Positions 58,244-64,000 of a DNA stretch of 64,000 bases are shown in pieces. Both the position numbers and the translations under genes were made by a program. The notes under the pieces were generated by a model, which was not told where the DNA came from, did no database searches, and saw nothing but the letters and a program-made list of their open reading frames with translations. Location of the stretch: contig CAWFJP010000023.1 in the NCBI GenBank assembly GCA_963816145.1, positions 11,290 through 75,289 on the forward strand. Reading direction: 5' to 3'. Source of the DNA: an uncultured delta proteobacterium (lineage in GTDB: Bacteria; Desulfobacterota; Binatia; UBA9968). How positions within the stretch are numbered: the stretch's first letter is position 1; every line of letters begins with the position of its first letter.

Positions 58244-58290
58244 GAGATTGCGCGGTCCGATACAACTTCGGAAAGCGGCGATATTCACAA

Positions 58291-59517
58291 TCAGCAAATC
58301 GAATACTTGCCGCTCGCCAACTCTTGGCAGAACTGTGGCATGCGCTCCAGCTCGCGTTTGACGATTTTGCCGATGGGCTCTTCGACGTTGACAAGTTGAG
58401 TTGCGGCATCCAGCGCGACCTGCACCGCGACCACTTGCGGGCGCTCGACCGGGTCGCCGATACGGCTACACAGCCAGACAATCGCTTGTTCGATGCCGGG
58501 AACTTCAACGTGAATCTGTTCGGCCAAGCGATGGGTTAAGACGCTATAAATTTTGCCGACATGGCTCACCGGATTCTTTCCCGCGGCAGCTTCGGATCCG
58601 CGCGGACGATTGAGCGCGATAATGCCGTTGACCTGATTGCCTCGCCCCACTTCGCCGGAATCGGCATCTTCAGCGGAAGTGCCGAGCACGGAGAGATACA
58701 TTCCCGTTAGTCCGGCGCCGCGACGGTCCAAGGTGTTGAGCTCGACAGTGACCTGATTAAACTTGGCCGCCTGGGAGCGCAGATACGCGATCAGCGCGTG
58801 ACATATTTCGTCTTTCTTCTGGAAATAAGCCGCTTCGTCGGCGATATACTTGTCCAACAACGGCATCGCCGCGGTGATGCCGATTTGCTTTCCGCGGCGA
58901 ATTCCCATGATCTTCACGTCTGTGCCGCTTTGCGGGAATTTCATTTTGAACTCGCGGCCGTTCAAACATCTTTCGGCGTCCAAAACCAACCGCTCGGCCT
59001 CGCTCAACGGCGCGTACCCCACCGCCGCCGATGTGTCATTGGCCGGAATAATTTCGGAGCCGGGCCGAAAAATTCCGGTCAACTCGTCGGAGCCGCCTTT
59101 GAGCTCGACCTGATACCGAAGATGTCGTTCGGCATCGACTTCGGGAATATTCTCGCGAAACCAAGTCTTTGCAGTTTCTATAGCCAGTTCGGCAACATTG
59201 AAATCTTGCACCATCGTCGCCCGATCGCCGATGACCAGGCGCATCGGTTCGACCACTTTGCCGCCGCCGTAGCGCCGCTCCACCTGTCCCGCGACCAGCA
59301 AACCTTTGTCGCAATTGTGGTGGAGAATTCTGCCGTAATGCTTGAGATACGCTTGCGACAGGGCTTGAGAAATCCGCTCCATGACCAGATCGCACATCGT
59401 GTCGGGATGGCCCAGTCCTTTGCGTTCGACGATCTCCACATCGGCACCTGCCGCTGGCGGCTCGTGAATTTGTTGAATATGAATTGGCTCCATGGTCATT
59501 CGCGGTCCCGCACCCAC
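58291..59517 (-). CDS. Archaeal-type S-adenosylmethionine synthetase (methionine adenosyltransferase)
   Basis: 408 aa. VEIVERKGLGHPDTMCD...GRILHHNCDKGLLVAG...GGGKVVEPMRLVIGDRAT closely parallels the archaeal MAT N-terminus as I recall it (IVERKGLGHPDSICD...ILHHNTDQ), not bacterial MetK. Confidence 0.85.
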   Translation of the reverse strand: MGAGPRMTMEPIHIQQIHEPPAAGADVEIVERKGLGHPDTMCDLVMERISQALSQAYLKHYGRILHHNCDKGLLVAGQVERRYGGGKVVEPMRLVIGDRATMVQDFNVAELAIETAKTWFRENIPEVDAERHLRYQVELKGGSDELTGIFRPGSEIIPANDTSAAVGYAPLSEAERLVLDAERCLNGREFKMKFPQSGTDVKIMGIRRGKQIGITAAMPLLDKYIADEAAYFQKKDEICHALIAYLRSQAAKFNQVTVELNTLDRRGAGLTGMYLSVLGTSAEDADSGEVGRGNQVNGIIALNRPRGSEAAAGKNPVSHVGKIYSVLTHRLAEQIHVEVPGIEQAIVWLCSRIGDPVERPQVVAVQVALDAATQLVNVEEPIGKIVKRELERMPQFCQELASGKYSIC

Positions 59518-60036
59518 GGTACCGGTTTAATCGTAAACCAGCAAAAGACACGCCACCCAGGGAGAGGCTTACATTGCTGCACATCCCTCACTATCGCCAA
59601 TCGCTAGCGCCCCCTCATCCATGCAACAACAGCCAAGACTTTTTGCCATAACAAATCGGTGGTCTCAAAATAGCGAATAATGGAAATGGATGGCAGCACC
59701 GCATCATGACGAAAATACCCCTAGCAAAGTGAAGGCGTCATTTTGCTTTTCGAGTATGAGAAGGAATTCTTGTATGGTTCGCGACAATGAGAAGCGCTTG
59801 CGCGCGCGCCGGTTACGAACTGACTTTTTTGACGGCATCGTGATGCTGCGCGCTTGGCATCTCGTTTGCGCTGCTAAAAATCGTTGCAAACGGAGGTGAC
59901 ACCCGCATGGAGCTGTTACGGCTGAGACTGATCTCCCCAGGGTCGCGCGTCAGCTCTGCCGGTGCGCCAGCCTAATCGGTCAAACCGATCGTCCGGAGAA
60001 GGGACGCCAAAGGGGATCAGCCAAATTCTATGATTC

Positions 60037-60972
60037 GTGAAAATCTTGTCAGGCGCTGCGAACCTCAAGCTTGCAACCGCCATTGCCGCCGCTCGCGGGA
60101 CCCAGACCGTTCAACGGCGCTTAGAGCGTTTTCCGGACGGTGAACTGCACATCGAGCTACAGGAAACCGTGCGCGGCCAGGATGTTTATTTGATTCAGCC
60201 GACAAGTCCGCCGGTGGACGAGCATTTGTTCGAACTGCTCCTTCTGGCCGACGCCTGCCGCCGGGCCGGAGCGGCGCGGCTCACCGCGGTGATCCCCTAT
60301 TTTGGCTATGCTCGGCAAGACCGCCGTGCTCACGGCCGGGAGCCATTGAGCGCGCGGCTAGTTGCCGAGTTGATTCAAGTCAGCGGCATTGAGCGGATCG
60401 TCACAGTGGATCTCCACAGCCGCGCTGTCGAAAGCGCTTTTGCCATTCCGTTAGAGCACCTAAGCGCGGTTCCCATGCTGGCCAAAGCGGTTCGCCCGGC
60501 GCTTAATCGAAACGCCGTGGTGGTCGCCCCGGATCTGGGCGCCGCGAAAATGGCCGAACAGTACGCCGACCTGCTCGACTTGCCGGTGGCGATCGTTCAC
60601 AAGACCCGTATCAGCGGCGAACAGGTAAAGGTTCAGCGAATCATTGGCGATGTGCGCGGCAAAGAACTGCTGGTTGTCGACGACATGATCAGCACCGGGG
60701 GCACCATCGAGAAAGCGATCCAGGCGCTGCTGGGAGCCGGTTGCTCATCGTCCGGCATCAAAGTTTTGGCAAGTCACGGGCTATTTGTTGGGGCGGCAGC
60801 GGAACGGCTCAGCGCCTTGGCGATAGACGAGTTGTACGTTTCCGATAGTGTGCCGGCCCCGGAGCAGTTTCCCTTGCCGCTCCAAGTCGTGTCGCTGGCA
60901 CCACTCCTTGCAGACGCGATTCATTGTCTTAACGAAGATGAATCGCTTGCCCGTATCATCGCCGCTAAATAA
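60037..60972 (+). CDS. prs: Ribose-phosphate pyrophosphokinase
   Basis: 311 aa with a GTG start. FPDGELHIELQETVRGQDVYLIQPT, IPYFGYARQDRR, VVDDMISTGGT. Confidence 0.9.
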   Translation: MKILSGAANLKLATAIAAARGTQTVQRRLERFPDGELHIELQETVRGQDVYLIQPTSPPVDEHLFELLLLADACRRAGAARLTAVIPYFGYARQDRRAHGREPLSARLVAELIQVSGIERIVTVDLHSRAVESAFAIPLEHLSAVPMLAKAVRPALNRNAVVVAPDLGAAKMAEQYADLLDLPVAIVHKTRISGEQVKVQRIIGDVRGKELLVVDDMISTGGTIEKAIQALLGAGCSSSGIKVLASHGLFVGAAAERLSALAIDELYVSDSVPAPEQFPLPLQVVSLAPLLADAIHCLNEDESLARIIAAK

Positions 60973-61003
60973 GCAGCAAAACAATGGAGGCGAACAGATC
61001 AGC

Positions 61004-62123
61004 TTGACAACGGCGGATCGTCTACGACTATTTCTCTGCGGCGACGTCATGACGGGGCGAGGCATCGACCAAATCCTCCCCCATCCCGGCGATCCAACGT
61101 TATACGAGCCACACACGAAAAGCTCGCTTGACTATGTAAAGCTCGCCGAGCGAGCCAGCGGCCCGATCGATTGGCCGGTCGACTTCAGCTACATCTGGGG
61201 CGACGCGTTGGAAATTTTCCAGCGTGAAAAACCCCAAGCGAAGATAATCAATTTAGAAACTGCCATAACCCGCAACGACGTGTATTGGCGCGGTAAGGAT
61301 ATTCACTACAAAATGAGTCCGGAGAATGTCGGCTGTCTTACCGCCGCAGGGATCGATTGCTGTATTCTGGCGAACAATCACATGCTTGATTGGGGAATTT
61401 CAGGATTGATCGACAGCTTGAAAACTCTCGACCAAGCGGGAATCAAGCACGCCGGGGCCGGGCGAAATCTGCGCGAAGCGCAACAACCAGCGATTCTGCC
61501 GGTTGGAGAGGCCTCAAGGGTCCTTGTGTTCAGTCTGGGTTCAACAACCAGTGGCATACCAATCACTTGGTCCGCTGAAGAGGATCACCCCGGCCTCCAT
61601 CTAATCGAAACCCAACGTCATGATCCGATTCAGGCCCTGGCGCAGCAAATTGACAAGATGAAACGGCCGAGCGACATCGTCATCGTTTCGATCCACTGGG
61701 GCGGAAACTGGGGATATACAATTTCGCACGACTCAGAAAGAACTGGCTCATCGACTGATTGATGAAATCGGCGTCGACGTCGTCCATGGCCATTCGTCGC
61801 ATCATGTAAAAGCGATCGAGGTCTATAAGGAGCGGATAATTCTTTACGGCTGCGGCGATTTTCTCAATGACTACGAGGGCATCCGCGGCTATGAAGACTT
61901 TCGCGGCGATCTCGCGCTCATGTACTTTGCCGATCTCAATCCCGCCACCGGCAAGTTAATTGGTTTGCGGATGATACCCACCCAAGTGCGCCGTTTTCGC
62001 GTCAAGCTTGCCTCCCAAGCCGACACTCTCTGGCTCGAAGCCCTGCTCAATCGCGAAGGGAAACGATTTCACACCGGGGTAAGTAAAAGTGTCGACGACA
62101 GGCTTTCCCTCCACTGGACCTAG
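61004..62123 (+). pseudogene. CapA/PgsA-like metallophosphatase (poly-gamma-glutamate synthesis family), split by one frameshift
   Basis: An in-frame TTG at 61004 follows GGAGG. LFLCGDVMTGRGID...ANNHMLDWG...SIHWGGNWGY is followed by a 1-nt slip near 61715-61735. The frame then continues QKELAHRLIDEIGVDVVHGHSSHH...ILYGCGDFLNDYEG to a stop at 62123. Confidence 0.7.
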
Positions 62124-62144
62124 CACAATTATATTATCGCGCTG

Positions 62145-64000
62145 CTAGGCCGACGCCGTCTTCGCAGCGCTTTGCGCCGCGGCCCCCGCTTGCGCCTCGT
62201 CATGGGCTTGAACGCTGAATTTCAGACCGGCAGCTTTGGCCTCGGCGTCGACGGTCACGGTTTCGCCGTCTTTGACTTCCCCTTTGAGAATGAGCCGACC
62301 CAAAACGGTCTCGATTTCTTTTTGGATCAACCGTTTGAGCGGACGGGCGCCGTAATTGGGGTCGTAACCCGTGGTCGCGAGATGTTCGCGTGCAGCCTCG
62401 GTCAGCCGCAAAGTGATATGCCGGTCATCGAGCCGCTGTTGCAGCCGCCGCAATTGAATATCGGTGATCGCTTTGAGGTGTTCACGCGACAGATTGTGGA
62501 ACACGACAATCTCGTCGACACGGTTTAAAAACTCCGGACGAAACTCGCGCCTGAGCGCATCGAGCACCTGCGCGCGCATGGGCGCGAACGCCGCGGCATC
62601 GTCGCGCCCGCGGTAGTTGGCGATCAAATGGCTGCCGACGTTAGAGGTCATGATCACCACCGTGTTCTTGAAATCGATGGTGCGTCCATGGCCGTCGGTG
62701 AGCCGTCCGTCATCGAGGATCTGCAACAAGACGTTGAACACATCCTGGTGCGCCTTCTCGATTTCATCGAATAACACGACGGCAAAGGGCCGCCGCCGCA
62801 CCGCTTCAGTGAGTTGGCCGCCCTCTTCGTAACCGACATAACCCGGCGGCGCGCCGATCAGCCGCGCCACGGTATGTTTCTCCTGATATTCCGACATATC
62901 GAGGCGGACCATATTGTTTTCATCATCGAAGAGAAATTCCGCGAGGGCGCGGCCGAGCTCGGTCTTGCCGACGCCGGTGGGACCCAAAAAGATAAACGAG
63001 CCGATCGGTCGGTTGGGATCTTTGAGCCCGGAGCGGGCGCGCACCACCGCGTCGGCCACGGCCTCGACAGCTTCCTCCTGGCCGACGACGCGCTTGTGCA
63101 GGTGCTCGGGCAGACGAAGCAGTTTTTCCTTTTCGCCTTCGAGCAATCTTGACACCGGGATGCCGGTCCAGCGCGAGACTACAGATGCGATATCGTCTTC
63201 ATCGACCTCCTGTTTGAGCAATTGCATACCGCCGCTCTGGCGCAAGCGCTCTTCCTCGGCCGCCAGTTCCCGTTCGAGTTGGACCAGCTTGCCATACTTG
63301 AGTTCGGCCATGCGGTTCAGATCGTAATCCCGCTCGGCCTGTTCCATGGCGAGTTTATTTTTTTCGATCTCCTGCTTGAGACTGTTGAGCCGGCCGATGC
63401 CCTGCTTTTCCACTTCCCAACGAGCGCGCAATTGACTCTGTTCGGCTTTTAATCCCGCCACCTCGCTTTCCAACTTAGCCAAGCGCTCGCGCGAAGGCTT
63501 ATCCGTCTCCTTGCGCAGCGCTTCCCGTTCGATCTCCAGTTGCATGACCCGGCGCGAGACCTCGTCCAGCTCGGTGGGCATGGAGTCGATCTCGGTGCGC
63601 AACTTGGCCGCCGATTCGTCCACCAGATCGATCGCCTTATCGGGCAAGAAGCGATCGCTGATGTAACGATGGGACAACACCGCGGCGGTCACCAGGGCCG
63701 CATCTTTGATGCGCACGCCATGGTGCACTTCATAGCGTTCTTTGAGGCCGCGCAAAATCGAAATGGTATCCTCGACATTGGGCTGATCGACCAACACGGG
63801 CTGGAAGCGCCGCTCTAGGGCGCGGTCCTTCTCGACATATTTGCGGTACTCATCCAACGTGGTTGCGCCGATGCAATGAAGCTCGCCGCGCGCCAACATC
63901 GGCTTGAGCAGATTGGACGCATCCATGGCGCCTTCCGCCGCGCCGGCACCGACCACCGTATGCAGCTCGTCGATGAACAGAATCACATCGCCTGCGGAAT
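62145..64000 (-). CDS. clpB: ClpB disaggregase (partial; N-terminus lies beyond the window end)
   Basis: [49 protein letters not shown]..., a long coiled-coil M-domain, and the second AAA+ module ([31 protein letters not shown]). Confidence 0.95.
   Translation of the reverse strand, partial: SAGDVILFIDELHTVVGAGAAEGAMDASNLLKPMLARGELHCIGATTLDEYRKYVEKDRALERRFQPVLVDQPNVEDTISILRGLKERYEVHHGVRIKDAALVTAAVLSHRYISDRFLPDKAIDLVDESAAKLRTEIDSMPTELDEVSRRVMQLEIEREALRKETDKPSRERLAKLESEVAGLKAEQSQLRARWEVEKQGIGRLNSLKQEIEKNKLAMEQAERDYDLNRMAELKYGKLVQLERELAAEEERLRQSGGMQLLKQEVDEDDIASVVSRWTGIPVSRLLEGEKEKLLRLPEHLHKRVVGQEEAVEAVADAVVRARSGLKDPNRPIGSFIFLGPTGVGKTELGRALAEFLFDDENNMVRLDMSEYQEKHTVARLIGAPPGYVGYEEGGQLTEAVRRRPFAVVLFDEIEKAHQDVFNVLLQILDDGRLTDGHGRTIDFKNTVVIMTSNVGSHLIANYRGRDDAAAFAPMRAQVLDALRREFRPEFLNRVDEIVVFHNLSREHLKAITDIQLRRLQQRLDDRHITLRLTEAAREHLATTGYDPNYGARPLKRLIQKEIETVLGRLILKGEVKDGETVTVDAEAKAAGLKFSVQAHDEAQAGAAAQSAAKTASA

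Noticed and set aside
59920-59940. GGCTGAGACTGATCT upstream of prs, reminiscent of the CTGAGA core of TPP riboswitches.
   Set aside because: The remaining conserved THI-box segments (ACCTGATCTGGATAATGCCAGCG) are absent, and prs is not a known TPP-regulated gene.

Overview
GC-rich bacterial chromosomal window. By eye I saw no rRNA, tRNA, CRISPR array or transposase. Almost every gene from 0.1 to 51 kb is on the minus strand.

Gene content:
(i) A pqiA/pqiA/pqiB/pqiC envelope-transport operon, translationally coupled to a DAACS-symporter::solute-binding-protein fusion.
(ii) An accessory stretch (7-35 kb) holding orphan secreted proteins and lipoproteins, an octa-haem cytochrome c-TPR protein, MscS channels, an arylsulfatase and two toxin-antitoxin pairs (DUF433/DUF5615 and MNT/HepT). 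It also holds gene relics: an MscS::sulfatase chimera and the tail of a type ISP restriction enzyme.
(iii) A membrane-anchored sigma-54 activator and, 17 kb away, a 1270-aa five-PAS histidine kinase. Both carry the same periplasmic-sensor/TM/PAS module.
(iv) A 15-kb same-strand cluster of uncharacterised envelope proteins headed by FixL/FixJ-like genes: DUF3300, DUF2950, a SYLF protein flanked by two paralogous periplasmic helical proteins, an OmpA-like lipoprotein, a DUF4410-like lipoprotein, a TPR lipoprotein and an OprB-like porin.
(v) Housekeeping genes at 51-64 kb: AraC regulator, pncB, nrdJ, archaeal-type SAM synthetase, prs, CapA-like, clpB (partial).

The most unusual signals are non-genic:
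(a) A nested palindromic repeat family occupies at least 17 intergenic spots, always in the same orientation.
(b) At least four other REP-like families are present. One of them sits in-frame inside the cytochrome gene.
(c) A 20-bp palindrome, TATTGGAC-N4-GTCCAATA, recurs upstream of the signalling and envelope operons with non-conserved flanks. It looks like an operator that ties them into one regulon.
(d) A sigma-54-type -24/-12 element with upstream palindromes lies just downstream of the activator gene.

Caveat: at least 10 single-base frameshifts and one in-frame stop interrupt otherwise good genes. This indicates either indel-rich (long-read-type) sequence or real gene decay. Family names are recalled from sequence motifs, not from searches.
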